This document shows positions 14,958 through 28,640 of a DNA stretch of 64,000 nucleotides, piece after piece (the first letter of the stretch is position 1; every line of letters starts with the position of its first letter). The DNA comes from the human T2T-CHM13v2.0 reference genome, Homo sapiens: the NCBI RefSeq assembly GCF_009914755.1, contig NC_060927.1. The stretch is one strand, 5' to 3'. The position numbers were made by a program, and so were the translations under genes. The notes under the pieces were generated by a model, which was not told the origin of the DNA, searched no databases, and saw nothing but the letters and a program-made list of their open reading frames with translations.

Positions 14958-15826
14958 TGTATCCATTTTCTATTGCTGTTGTAACAAATTATTAATATCA
15001 CAAATTTCATGGCTTAAAACAATACAAAGTTGTTCTCTGACTATTCTGCAGGCCAGAAGTCTAAAGTGAGCCTATAGGGCTGAGTTCCTTCAGGAGGTTC
15101 TAGGGGAAAATTGTTTTCTTACCTTTATCAACTTCTAGAGGCCACCTGCATTCCACAGCTTGTGGCCTGTTCATATAAAAAGCTAGCAGTGTACCATCTT
15201 CAAATGTCACTCCCCACCCTCACTTCCATTGTCATATTACCTTCTGTACCTGTGTATTTGATCCTCTCATATCCCTCTCATAAGGACCCCTGTGATTATA
15301 TTGGGCCCACCCATATAATCTAGGATAACACCCCATGTTAAGATCTTTCAGTTAAATCAATCTTTAAAGTCCCTTTCACTGTGTAAAGTACAGGCGGAGC
15401 ATTCCCAAATCCTCCCAAATCTGAAACTTTTTGAGCCTCGACATAACACCTAGATTCCACCATTTAAGCAACCACGCATTGTCCACATGGGTGCATGAGA
15501 TCCTGACACCTTTGCTTTCTGATGGTTCAGTGTACACAAACTTCATTTCATGCAGAAAATTATTTAAAATATTGCATGGAATTACCTTCAGACTTTGTGT
15601 ATAAAGTACATATAAAACAAAAATTAATTTCCTATTTATACGTGGATCCAATCTCTAAGATATCCCATTATGTATATGCAAATATTCCAAAATCCAAAAA
15701 TTTTTGAAATTTGAAACACCTCTGGCCCCAAGCATTTTGGATAACAGATACTCAATGTATAATATATTCATAGATTCTGGGGATTAGGACTTGAACATTT
15801 AGTGGGGAGCATTATTTAGCCTCCAA
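14958..15826 (-). mobile_element. MLT1C-like MaLR LTR split by Tigger4b
   Basis: TGTATCCATTTTCTATTGCTGTTGTAACAA...CTTCTAGAGGCCACCTGCATTCC...TAAGGACCCCTGTGATTATATTGGGCCCACC; resumes after 15757 with GATTCTGGGGATTAGGAC. Confidence 0.85.
15391..15757. mobile_element. Tigger4b (Zombi/MER46B) DNA transposon
   Basis: TA|CAGGCGGAGCATTCCC ... CCCAAGCATTTTGGATAACAGATACTCAATG|TA; TA target duplication, ~367 bp. Confidence 0.85.
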
Positions 15827-17039
15827 GGCCTCCTTTCTCCAAATTTTAGAGATACTCCACTTCTTTAACACTTCATGTGCTAAGGGTGGAGTTTTACTAT
15901 CCACGTGTCTCATGGTGCATTCCTCTAGTATCCCAGTTTTAAACCAGGGTTTTAAAGTTTTTGCTTCATGTCTCATCTGTCTCTGCAGTATATTCAAATT
16001 CACTTGCAGCCCCCAGAGGTACTTTCTTGCACAATTCCAGGAAGTACATTTACATTAGATAGTACATGAATGGCACCTCCTACAGTTGTGTAGCCTGACA
16101 CTAGAGCCAGCAATCAGGGCTCCTGTCTCTATGCCTTCCATCCACCATCAGTGGATGGAACCTTACTACTCTGGCTTAGCACTTTTGTTTTTCAAGCTCA
16201 GCTGTAAACATGTGAACAGGTGTTCACACATAATTTTGTTATTTTTCTTTCCTTTTGTTTAACCAGCATTTTCGTGGCTGTAAAGAGAGAAGGCTTAGTC
16301 CACCATATTGTTGGAACTTTACCTTCATTTTACAGAGGAAGAAAGGGCTTTCCATATGAGTGAACTGACTTATCTGAGGACACGACTAATAAATTACCGA
16401 ATCACAGCTAGAACTTTGGTGTCCTGACTCTGACACAAAAGTTCTTTTATAAATCTTAGTAACAGTGCTTTTATTATGATTATTCCTGTTATCACTGATA
16501 CTCATTACTAACTTCCCAAATTACACAAGAACCTGATGAAAACTATACTGTTGTATGTCCTTGTGAACCGCAACACATATACAATAAAAATTCATTTATT
16601 ACTGAAACATTTTTGGAGATATATCATTAAGCTAGGTGATAGGTATACAAAACTGAATGAGACATGATATCTGCCATCAGGGTGTCATAGTCTAATAGAA
16701 GAAATAGGTGCATAAACAGATAGTTACAATGCATTGTGCCCAAGTATCATTTGAACTCAAGATATAGTTAAGCTGTTGGGGAAGGTGGGATTGATTAGAT
16801 GGGGAGGAGAGAGAATGGGTTCAGGATGTTTAATCTTCAAATAGTTATTACCAGATAGATGGCTGGATAGGATTGAGGGATGCATAGATGGATAGTTATA
16901 TGACAAAGCAGGCATAGTAAGATATTAGTTGTAGAATCTAGAAAGGAGATACACAGTTGCTCACTGTATCAGTCTTTCAACGTTTGTCTATGTTCGAAAA
17001 TTTTATAATAAATGGTTGGGGAAGTATCGTCTTCATCTT

Positions 17040-17270
17040 TATTATAGCTATCATTCATTGAGTGCTTAGTGTGCCAGGCGTCTTTAAGAGCTTTACATGA
17101 TTTAGCTCATTTAATTCCCATATCATCTGCAAGATAAGTACTATCATTATCCCCATTTTACAGAAAGTTGGGCATAGAGAAGTTAAGTAACTTGTTCAGG
17201 CTCACACAGTTAGTAAGTGGACAACCCATGATACCAGGCTGTCTGACTCTAGAATTTTCACTCTTAACTT
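17040..17270 (-). mobile_element. MIR SINE
   Basis: Core ATTATCCCCATTTTACAG...AGAAGTTAAGTAACTTG...CACACAGTTAGTAAGTGG. Confidence 0.85.
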
Positions 17271-18169
17271 TGACAGAGCTATCTCTAAAAGATTGAGAGG
17301 ATTTTTTTTTAATAAAGTGGGTAGGGATGAGGAAGCATTACAGGCAAAGGAGAGAATATATTTACATAGATAGGAAAAATAGCATGGATTTTTCAAGGCA
17401 AACATAATCCTGGGTGGTGAATGGAATATAAAGCATAAATCATTGAGCAAAGGAGGTTACTGGGGGGTTGGGAGGACTCTGTAAGAACTGGCCATATTTG
17501 GCTTTACCAGGTAGCTGAGAGGGATCCACTGAAGGATTTTTAATAGGAGGACTGTGTGTTTAGATCTCTATTTTGAAATGGGAGCTCTGATGTCAGTGTG
17601 GAGAATGGATTTCAACTAAAGCTTTTCTTTTTTTTTTTATTTCCAGGTGAAAAATGCTAGAACAAAATAGAACAGTTTAGAGATCAATAAATGGTACAAG
17701 TAAAGTGTCTGGAAGGAGCTCTCTGCTTCCTTAATAGAGAGTGCATTCTGCAGAAGTTGAAAGTGACCCTAATCTGAGAAGTGTAGTATTTTTAGCACTA
17801 GTAGATATGAAGAGGGATGTCTCGTTTTCAGTTTAAGGCATTATTAAGAAGAAGACTGATTTCCAGGTTTATCCTGACAATTTCCCTCTTCCTTTCAAGA
17901 AGAAGTGAAGTTCACATTTTTCTACCATCTTCATGTTTTCTGGATCATATAGCTTTTGTGAATAGGTTGATTAGTTGATATCGGCTTCTGTTTCTGAGAA
18001 AACTTCAGAAGCCTAGTATTTCCTCAATGGCATCTGTTGCCACCACTTCTCATTTTGTGTGAGAGGGTTGAGTGAGTGGGTGGGACCCTTTAAGAAAATA
18101 AATTGAGAGATGAGTTAATTATACAGATTATCAATATACGGGTATTTTCTAACCATTCTTATAACAAAT

Positions 18170-19005
18170 GACTCAATCCGCATTCCTCAATGTATGCTAA
18201 AACTACTGAGTGAAATGCTATTGGAGAAAACTATATGTAATCTCAAAGTTGCTTCCAAATATTATTGACAAGTTACAAAAGTAAAATAATACCTTTACAT
18301 TTAAATAACAGAGAAATATTGTGATCAAACAACAACAGGACAAATTGACCATACCTTCCTCCTCTATGTAGTATTCTTCAAAACATTTGAATTAATCACA
18401 AAAAAGCAACCAGAAAAATTCAAATTGAATTACATTCTGTAAAATAATGGGGATAGGCTCTTTAAAAATGTCAATGTAATAAGAGACAATAAAAGGTTGG
18501 GGGACTGTTCTCTATAAAAGGAAGGTATGACCACAAAAAGCACTGTGTGATCCTTGATTAGATCTTGGGTCACAGAAACAGGAAACAAACAAAAAGAAGA
18601 ACCCACCCAGCTATAAAGGATGTTATTGGATCGATTTGGAAAATTTGAGTATAGACCATGTGGTAAATAGTAGTTTTGTGGCATTGCTGCATTTCTTGAA
18701 TTGGTTCATTGTATTGTGGTTGTGGAGATGAATGTTGTGGTCTTTCTGGAGAAGCTTTATTTGGTGTATTCTTAGGAGAATTATTTACTGACAAAGTGTC
18801 ATGATGTCTGCTATTTTCACTCAAATGACTTTCTAAAAATGAGTATGACAGAGAGAGAAGGAAGGAGGGAAGATCGGAGGCAGAGAGTAAAAACAGAAAG
18901 CAGACATCAGAATGTTTATATTGGTTCTAGGTCAAAGGCATATGTGTATTCATTGTGCCATCTTTTCAACTTTTGTGTAAGTTTGAAATTTTTAAAAAAA
19001 TATTG
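18170..19005 (+). mobile_element. L1MC/ME 3' UTR fragment
   Basis: CTCTTTAAAAATGTCAATGT, TGTGTGATCCTTGATTAGATCTTGG and the terminal CTTTTCAACTTTTGTGTAAGTTTGAAATTTT. Confidence 0.7.
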
Positions 19006-20812
19006 AGGGGAAATGGGAATTCAGATGATCAAGTTCAAATGGAATGTTCTATAGTCCTATCCAAACTTAATTACATTTTATGTGTTATTTTAGACCAATC
19101 CTGCCCAACAGTTTCAAAGTTTATACATTTGCTTTATTTTTATACCAGCCTGTTGTGAATTTGCAAACTGTTTAAAAATTGCAAAGACCTAGATAAATAT
19201 ATCCCTTAGCATAAGGGTGGCCATGCACTTTAAAATTACATATGATTATGTGGCTGTGTCACCAAGATTACATTAATTTCATATTCTCAGAATTAAAGGT
19301 TGATTTCCCTATATTTGACATTTGCTTGCAATGTTACTACATCATATAGATAAAAGAAGGTAGAAAGGTGTGAATTTAGGCAGAGGTTTCCCTGAAAAGA
19401 GCTTTTAAAATATCTACTTAAAGAGAAACTTGAACTCTGCTTTACGCTCTGATTTACGTGTGTTCTAAAATTAAGCCTTTCCTCTGTATCTGGGAATCAG
19501 TTGGGGAGAAAACATTAAACCATTTTCTGAAAGCATGGAGGAAGAAAAGCAGGCATCTTATTCCTCTTTTCACTCCATAAAATATATATAAGGACAGGTT
19601 TTGCCCATTTTAAACAGACACTCGCTTTTTTTTTTTCTAATGTAACACTATGGTAATCTTAACAAATATAGAACATTTTAGATTTAGCTTTGTTTCTGCC
19701 GGTTTTCCTCATTTGGACGCCTTCCTTCTCATTTTGTTCCATCTGCACCGGATCTAAGGAGAGACACTTTCCCTTTAAGAAACAAAGGTTAGCTGTGACT
19801 CCTGTCATGTAAAAGCCTAAAGAAGGCTTTTCATAGTTGATGGAAGTGATGCCAAAGAATAAAATGAAAAGCCTCTGCTATCTACCTAGCGCCTACACGC
19901 CCTGGAGCCGACAAAAGAGCTCAGTACCAGAGCCGAAGAGTCCGTGGAGCACCACGTTAGTGAAAAAGCCGATTATAAATAATAATGACCTTAGTGGATG
20001 CTGAGAACTGCACTAAAGTTTTTCTGAGCCAGACAGAATGATGTAGGGGATACCATATAAATGCATAGAAGTCTATAAGGGAAGAAGATGCTGAGAGATT
20101 CAATTTCTTCCTCCAATAATTTAAATTGATGGTGAGTTAGTAGGTGCTCAATAAATATTTGTTGAATGAGTAAACAAAAGCAGTCTAACAACGGATTTCC
20201 TAATGAAAGTTCATGAATTGAAGCATGTTTGCATTGCATCCCAACTCTGTATTAAAACTGTATCTATTTCAGGAGTAAGATCAGAATCCTGATAGAGGAA
20301 CATGCAAAATGTTGCCCATCTATTTAGGGACAATCATAGAGATAGAAAGAAAAAAGATATTTGGAAGTACATGGAGCTCACTTTGCCTATGAGTTGTGTG
20401 CATTTCGAGGTGGGAGACGGGAGAGGGAGTGCAAGAGAGGCTGGAATGAGATTTTTTTTTGTAGTGATACTTGGTTTTCTGAGGCATAATCTAGTGAGGA
20501 GAGAGGGCCTTGACGTTTTTATTTAGCGATCATGCCTCCAGTCATGTGTTCTGAGGCTCATGTTCGGTTTTGCATTGATAGACTTGGAATTATAGGACAT
20601 TCTTGGCTTTTGAACTAGCTCATTGTGCTGAATGTGGTAATTTTTGTGAAAGCATACTGAAACGTCTAAAATAACTTCCAAGGCAAAACAGTTTAGTACA
20701 GCTACTGCAGCTATATGTAGAGCACCAACATTTATACTTAGTCGGGTTTTAATCTCAGCACTCAGTTCTTCGGTATTCCAACTATAAGAACCCCATCATG
20801 CTTCCCTTGGGC

Positions 20813-20942
20813 CAGGGTATCTTAAACATATTGAGGTTAACATATTGAGCCAGATAATTCGTTGCTGTGGGGGGCTGTCCTGTGCTTGGTAGGATGATAA
20901 CAGCCAGTAGCACCCCTACCCCAAGTGGTAACAACCAAAAAT
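20813..20942 (-). mobile_element. MER20 fragment (hAT-Charlie)
   Basis: GCCAGATAATTCGTTGCTGTGGGGGGCTGTCCTGTGC...GCCAGTAGCACCCC...ACAACCAAAAAT. Confidence 0.8.
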
Positions 20943-21044
20943 CAGGGTTTTTTTTAAACTGTCTTTGTTGGAAGGAAAATCAGAATCTTCTGAGGAAAAG
21001 GATTTTTGTTCTCTTCTTGGATGTTAAGAAAATTGGCTTGTGTT

Positions 21045-21395
<351 letters not shown>

Positions 21396-24300
21396 TTAGC
21401 CATTAAAATAAGGATAAGTCAGTTCTCCCCCAAAAAGTAAATGAGAAGTAACACTCATAAAACAATTTGTTCTCTCTCTCTTTTCTTCTCCCTCTCCACA
21501 CACACACCCCCTCAAATCTTTTGCTAATAGTGACTACAAATTTCTGAGCAGTTAGTGGTAGATGAATATCAAGGCATATTGCACCCTTTTATCTAGCTCA
21601 TAGGTCAATTTGATGTCACATTGACATAATTATTTAAATGGGCTATTTTCTCCACAGACTGTTTTAATTTCATGACCCTGGTCTCTGGGTCATTGTTATT
21701 AGAATCTGATTATCTCATGGAAAATTAATATGGCCACATATTTTCTTATGTGCGTCCATACTTTTGGCTTACTTCTTGAATATTTTATTACTGGCTCCAT
21801 TGCTTTTGGTTGGAAAAGAAGGTTCAATCATTGCTGCATAGATTATCATTCCAGTAGGTGCCCTGGGCAGCAATTTCTGAACCATCCCTTTTGAAATTTT
21901 GTTCCCAGCTGGAGAAATGTCACAGTTGTCTCAGCTTTTGACTCTGACTTTTAGTGAGAGATGCAAGGAATAGGAAAACACTTTCAAGAAGAAGCAATGA
22001 GCAGTTGTATGCACATCTGCTGACTTATTGCTGAAGATTCTAAAGCATTTAAAAATATTGATTAAGCCTCAAACTGTTGGGAAATTGTTCCCATAACTTT
22101 CATTCTGCCCCTAGATTTGCTGAGGTTTTGAGCTGTATTTAACTTGGTGAATCTTGTGTAATGGCCAGAAAGAGACCTCAGGAGCCCCATCCCCCAGGTT
22201 CTTATTAGCCTTGACAAGAGTGTTGTTAAAATTGCAGACTCTTCACAGTTCCAAAGAGATGCCGTTTCTTGCTGTTTCAATACCAAGTCTAAAACAATCT
22301 CTGTATACATTTTGGCTTCTAAAATATATTCTGAGGTAAAATAGCAGGTTCTACTGTCTTTGAGAAGACCATTTCTTTTGTTTGTGGTAACTAGTCATGT
22401 TGGTCTCTTTTTTCCTTCTCTTTGTTATATTTATTTGGACTTTAATGTTGGCTATGCCCTTTAATGAAAAAAAATCAGGCATTTCCCAGATTTAGATTTT
22501 TATTATAAACACTTCATATTTTAAGTGGTATATCTCTAGGGAGAAATGTATGAAGAATTGATGGAAGTTGGAAATTTTTTAGTTAGTAATTAACACCTAC
22601 CATTAAAAACAAGTGCAAATCACATGATGGCAAAGTGAATCTATTACATATCATAATCAAAGATTAATCAAAGTAATTACCAGGCAAACAGGGATTGAAT
22701 AGAACTTAAAACCAATTAAACTATTTCGGCTGTACCACTGAATAAACACTTTGGTATTTTAATTTCTCCTCTCTTCATTTGCTTCAGCAATATGTTTGCT
22801 AATATGACTGAGGTGCACAATTGCTATTTAATTAACCTATTTTTGTCAGAACCTCACACGAGCTGCGTGGAGTAGATCTGCTAAAGTCTCAATAATAATG
22901 AGCCTGATAAAAAATAACCAACATGAAATTCGTGCCAGTCATTTTACAAGTTATGCCAAATGTAATAATATCTGAAGAAAAAAAGAAACTGGTTACCTTA
23001 CAGAAATTGGATTGAAAGTACTTAAAAAACATGTTGAACCAACACAAAATTACTCAAAAGTTTAGTAAAATTTCAAAAATGTATAATTGCCTTGTTTCTT
23101 TGTACCCCACTTTGCATATCATTACCATTAACTATTGGTAATAAATCTATTCGAGGGCATGGATCTGTTTTGGGGATACTTGAGTTGATAATGGGCACAG
23201 AAGGGTTTGGTAGTGGACATCTTTTACCCAATCATGTATCCTTTGGGAGAGAATACTTTTCTAGCTATTGAGTAAGGCATCACGAAAGTGTTGATCCATT
23301 TTGCTTTTATTCCCTAAGACAATCAAAACGCTAACACAGTTTGGGTGGTCTTGGCCTCAATGATACACATTTTTTCACAAAAGATAACATAACTAACCAT
23401 GTGAAGAAAGCCTCACCTTTCTCTACCTTTGGATAGTAGGGATGAAAGAAAGTAAGATGGAGAAATCCACATTAAATATAAAGACTCTTTCCCCACAAAA
23501 TCCCAGAGCTCTTCTGATTGGCACCATGAAGACAAAACATTCTGATTGGATTTTTGGTTCTTCACCCAGGTGTTTTACTATCAGGTAGACACAGTTTGTG
23601 TACAACTAAATAAGACCATTTCCTGCCCAAGCTGTCTTTTTTCCCCACACATTTAAAATTTACTCACACTTACTGAGCATGATGTTTCAAGTTTTCTGAA
23701 ACAGCTGGTTAGTAGCCAGTTGATCACTGGCCCCTAAAGGTAACAAAGACCCTCCATCCCCAAATTTTTGCCAGTCAAAAAAGCATGACTTTATTTCACT
23801 CCCGTCACCCCAGTGCTATTACGAGGTGTAAGCACCTTTCTAGTGAAGGTCTATTTTCTAGATCTTAGGACAAGAATAGAATGTCACATTGTAAGCGTTC
23901 TCAGAGGTCTGCAGCAAAGCCCTTATTGTACAGAAAAGAAAACTAAGACTCACAAAGGTGTAGATCACCTGTTTGTTTGTTTGGGGTTTTTTTTGTTGTT
24001 TATTTGTTTGTTTTTGCAGCAAGATGAGGATTAGAACTCAGATTTCTGACTCCCTCAATGTTCTCCCTTCTTTATCATACAGGCTCCTTAACTACTGGCT
24101 GCTTTGCGTGTGGTGGACTTTAAATGATCACACGGGTGCCTTAATCACAGCCTTTTTATGAGTGACACAGGCGCTGAGTCTCCCTTTTTCTAAAATGGAA
24201 TGTTTTATATCCATAACCCAGACTTGCTTAACTAAGGTCAAATTTACATAAACAAATGTCTTCCGGGGCCAGCAGGTAGCATGTCTGGGCAAAAGCGTGT

Positions 24301-24929
24301 GTGGCAAGGTTTTGATAAAGCGCAGAACACATGTTCTGTTTAAAAATGTTCACATTCAGATTCTCAAATCTCTCTCTTGCCAGACCAAGCATGTCCACAG
24401 GCTACTGGTTTATAACCCCTGACTGCATCACGATGCAGACAGAGTAAGGAGGAGTGTTCTTACAGTTATGCAAATGGAATCCATATCACCGGTTCCTTTT
24501 AGAATACTAGATGTCCCAAGTGTGCCATGCCAAACCCTTTTGCTTTGAATGCCCTGGACTTCTAGTATTCAATGAAGAGGCACGACTTGGGGAACATGAA
24601 ACACCCCCATAAACACCAGCTTTAGTTCAGCCAGTGTCCCCAAAGACTGACTCTGAAAAGAACATACACGTGTATGTCGCATAAAATCCGTAGAAGAGAT
24701 GATGCTGCTACCCACAACCTTCTTGGGAGCTGCTGAGAATCCCTAACAGACAAACCGAATCATAGGGCAAACCCACCCTATGTACCAAACAACCAGTGTA
24801 ATTATATTCTGTAGTTGAGGAATTACATAAATTGCCCATTGGGAAAGAAGCCTTAATCTCCATCCCTCCCCCGAAATCTATCAACAGCTGTGTGAGCCTC
24901 TGTGTATTTTTGAAAGGTTGAACACATTT

Positions 24930-25307
24930 GATCGGAGAACAAACTTGATTTCCTAATCAGGTTCGATGCGAGGAGAGCCAGTTAGAGATGTGTGTGATTC
25001 TCCCAGTGTGCGTCTTTGATTCGTGTGCTAATTATGTCGATCCTTTGGGGAACACAGCCAGGAAGCTGGGTCCTCCTTGATGAATGCTGGCGGAGAGCCA
25101 TGCAGCGCGCAGCGGAGAGCAGTTCAGCATCTCTAGTCCCAGCTGAGAATATGGTCCCATTATCTCCCAGCTGCCTAAGCAATCCATAAGGGCCTGTTCT
25201 GCGTGGATGATCAGTGTAGTGGAAGCAGGGACTTGCTGAGAGCTGAAATCTCTGTTTGATTTGCTGTAACATGTAAAGCGAAACTGGGACATTTTACTTT
25301 ACAGTCT
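24930..25307 (+). promoter_or_regulatory. Putative alternative promoter / non-coding first exon
   Basis: About a dozen CpGs in ~350 bp of repeat-free sequence within a CpG-depleted background. Ends at a consensus donor TCT|GTAAGT (25308). Only short uORF-like reading frames. Confidence 0.4.
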
Positions 25308-25345
25308 GTAAGTACCAGGTTTTTCCCCCCTCTTTCTCCCTACAG

Positions 25346-25415
25346 CTCCATGTGAATGTGACTTTGCAAGCTGCATTTGATTTTCTGTTCCATTGCTCTT
25401 TGTTGAATCAAGCTG
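25346..25415 (+). other. Candidate 70-nt internal exon
   Basis: Strong pyrimidine tract TTTTTCCCCCCTCTTTCTCCCTACAG| and donor CTG|GTGAGG. Confidence 0.3.
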
Positions 25416-27966
25416 GTGAGGTAGAGTGTGATCTGTTTAGAGCTTGCTGTTTCTGTTAAATCTCTTATATAATTGATTCATACAAGGAAATAGGAGCCTT
25501 TCAGAATGCTTTTATAGAAATTAGAAATTATTGGCTTTGTTTTTAATTTGGGAGTGTGGTTGCATTATCTTTGGTGCCAGGATGATTAGAGCATATATTT
25601 ATCTTCTTCTGTACCTCTGGCCATTGCAAGAAAAATGTAAGTAAAACTAATATATATATAAAGAGATAATCTTTATATGCATGCCTGTATAAAAGAAGTG
25701 CCTGTATTTCCAGAATTTAAATTTAACATAGTTTATTTTGCTGTTCTCTGCTGCTACTAAGAAAGGCAGAAACAGAAAAGTTTCTCTTGTTTTTCAGTTG
25801 CATGCTGTTTAGAAACTTTGCCATGGAGGTGGGCAGGATAACTGTTTGGAATATTTGCAAATATAAACTGTATATCTCCTTTTTTTATGAGACAGTACAT
25901 AAAATAAGAGTCTGTGTTTAGCCCCTTATTGCTTTTGAATGCACCACTTCTTAAGAAGTAATGTGAATTAAAAAAACAAAAAAAATCACTTTAAATTTGG
26001 TTCATTTATCTTTTTATGTATCCCCAAATGCCATCTATCAAATTAATATTTATTATTCATGCAAGATTCATTGTAAAAATGCTATTAGAATTTAATATTG
26101 TTAATAATGTTTGCATGATGTCTTTCACATGATCAATGCCTTAGTGAAATTAAAGATTGTTATCACTGTGGAAAGGGATTTGTGGATTTTTCTGTTTCCC
26201 TAACCTAAACATAAATCACACCTTTCTTTTTTTATTAAAAGTGGAATAATTGAGCTGTTGTAAAAATTGAATTTGAATAAAAGTGGCTTGAACAGCATGA
26301 ACCAATGGCCAGGGCTAATGTGAACCAAAGTGAACTTAAAATCATGAATACCTGAAAAGGGGAATTGAAGTTTCCACACTGAGCTTGAGACCATGGAGCC
26401 TGATGGTCCCATAATTTCCAGAGTGGGAAATACAGTTTCCCTGAGTAGGCAGTAAGTCTCAAGGCAGAGAAAAACCACAGACTGTGAAGTACAGAAGCAT
26501 CTTACTGGTGAGGACAGAGTATGTTCTCATTAGATTTGTTGGAGAGGAACTGTGCAAGAGAGAGAAGACTCAAAATAGATGGTTGTCTACATGAGCACAG
26601 GCATTTTCAGAGCTTGAGATTTGGAGGGAAAATGATCACAAAACAGTACAGAATGCTTAACATCTGGTAAGATGAAGCAAAAGACGGACTCTGGTACCTC
26701 TGAGTAGCAAACAGTCCCAGGGCTGTCCTTGCCAAGTAATCAGTTCTCTGGAAAAAAGTAAGTGTGCAAAAAGGCCTGCTAATGAAATCTGAAGTAACGG
26801 CAAGTGGTTTTGATGGCTATATGGTCCCTAAACAAAAGGCTGGCCTCATGCCTTCTTACAAAACTGAACTGACCTTTGTGAGTGATGATTCCTGGTGAAC
26901 CCTTAGCTATATTTTTAAATAACTGTTAGTGTTTTTCTGACTACTGCAAGTATATGATCTTGTGCAAGATGTGATCTTGTTTTAAGAGGGATTTATGGAT
27001 TTTTCTGTTCAGAAATAGGATTAGTTAAGGTCCAGTGATTTTTTTTAAACAAATGCTTAATTTGTATCTACTTGGTTGAGTAAATAGTGTTCTTTTGAGT
27101 TTCGATTTCTTTTTTTTTCAGGGTCCCGAACCCCTTTATTTGTACTTAGCAGAAACGATTGCCTTCTGTAGAGGAGTATCTTCCCAATGTAGTTAAATTT
27201 GATTTTTATTTTCCATTCAAATATTTAGAAATTTCAACTTATACCTTACAATATTAAACATTTTTGTAGTCAGTCACCACAAATCTCAGAGAGGTATTTG
27301 CAAGATTTGTAGTTTGCTTCTATTACTTTCGGAATGTTTAGATAATTTTATAAAATTGGGACACTGTCTTCCTAGTTGTTTGCTTAATCTGCAGGAAAGT
27401 GGATTGAACTCTCCAGGGGTCAGTTTAGGGTATGTGGTCTCTTGACAGATCGGGAAGCCAGATATACCTTGTAAGAGGTACTTCTAAAGCCATAACAATT
27501 TGGTCTTCAAAATAAATTTAAAGTGCTATGAAAGAGAATAAAGGAAAAGTCTTGAATTGTATATGTAAAGATAGTGCATCTCTGTACGTGTTTGCATGCA
27601 TACAAATCTACCCAACAACATTGTGGACAATTTCTGTGCTACCCAAGTACACTAGCTCTTTAGTTCCTAGAAAGCCCTGGGGTTGAGCCAAGTGGAAAGA
27701 ATTTTGTAAATTGGGATACAGCAGCAGAGAGTTAAATCTCCTTGCATTCTTTGTTTTGGACCCTCGGCAGACTGTTTTGTTTGACCCCAGAGCTGCCGGC
27801 TTAAGCACAAAGAGGACTTTATAACGTCCTCAGCGGCAATTGGAAGCAGGACCTCTGCACACAAATCATACCCTAACCCTCCTTAACAGCTTAGGGCAGC
27901 CACTGTGAAGCAAGGAATGCAGTTCTGTGAACTGTCTCTATGATGACAAGTTAAAGAGTGAATATG

Positions 27967-28096
27967 AGCTGGGTGTGGTGGCACAGGCCTGTAGTCCCAG
28001 CTACCAGGGAGGCTGAGGTGGGAGGATAGGTCGAGCCTAGGAGTTTGAGGCCAGCCTGGGTAACTTAGTGAAACTCTGTCTTTAAAAAAAAAAAAA
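27967..28096 (+). mobile_element. FLAM_A-like Alu monomer
   Basis: Single ~130-bp Alu arm with poly(A); TSD TGAATATGA at 27959-27967 and 28097-28105. Confidence 0.88.
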
Positions 28097-28467
28097 TGAA
28101 TATGACTGAATGAAAAATAATTAATTTAGTAACTGTAATACTTTTGGATGATTTTAAATGTTATCAAGCCTTAACTGTGCATTGTCAAAGTATACACTCC
28201 ATTGGTTATCTCTAGTAACAGTGAAAGATTGAGTTAACCTCCTGTAAGATGCTGTGCAACTCTAACAAGCTGCTTTACCTCTCTGTGCCTCAATAGCCCC
28301 CAGTAAAATGAAGTATGATTTCTGTGATCCTTCCGAGGTTAAGAAAGTTACGAACTCATGACATCTTATTCTAACTGGGCATTCATGCCTGGAACGGCCT
28401 TCAAATTGCCTAGGGACAGGGTGACATGTGACTTAGCTGTCATTTTAAACAATATTTCACTAGGATG

Positions 28468-28640
28468 CTTTCATTTTTTCTTCTTTCATTTCTCTTTCTT
28501 TCTTCCTCCCTTTTTCTTCCTTCCCTTCCCTCCATCTTCTGCTACCCCCTCCCTCTCTCTCTTTCTACCCTTCTCCTTCTCCCTGTCTGTCCCGTTCCCT
28601 GTTCTCCTCTCCCTCTGCCTCCCTCTCTCTCTTTTTCGTC
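28468..28640. repeat. CT-rich polypyrimidine low-complexity tract
   Basis: ~170 bp almost entirely C/T. Confidence 0.85.

Noticed and set aside
17620-17705. Exon after the T-rich acceptor TTTATTTCCAG
   Set aside because: No convincing donor nearby, and it lies beside decayed LINE-like sequence.
24323-24338. AGAACA-CA-TGTTCT as a glucocorticoid/androgen response element
   Set aside because: The spacer is 2 nt, whereas the canonical element needs 3.
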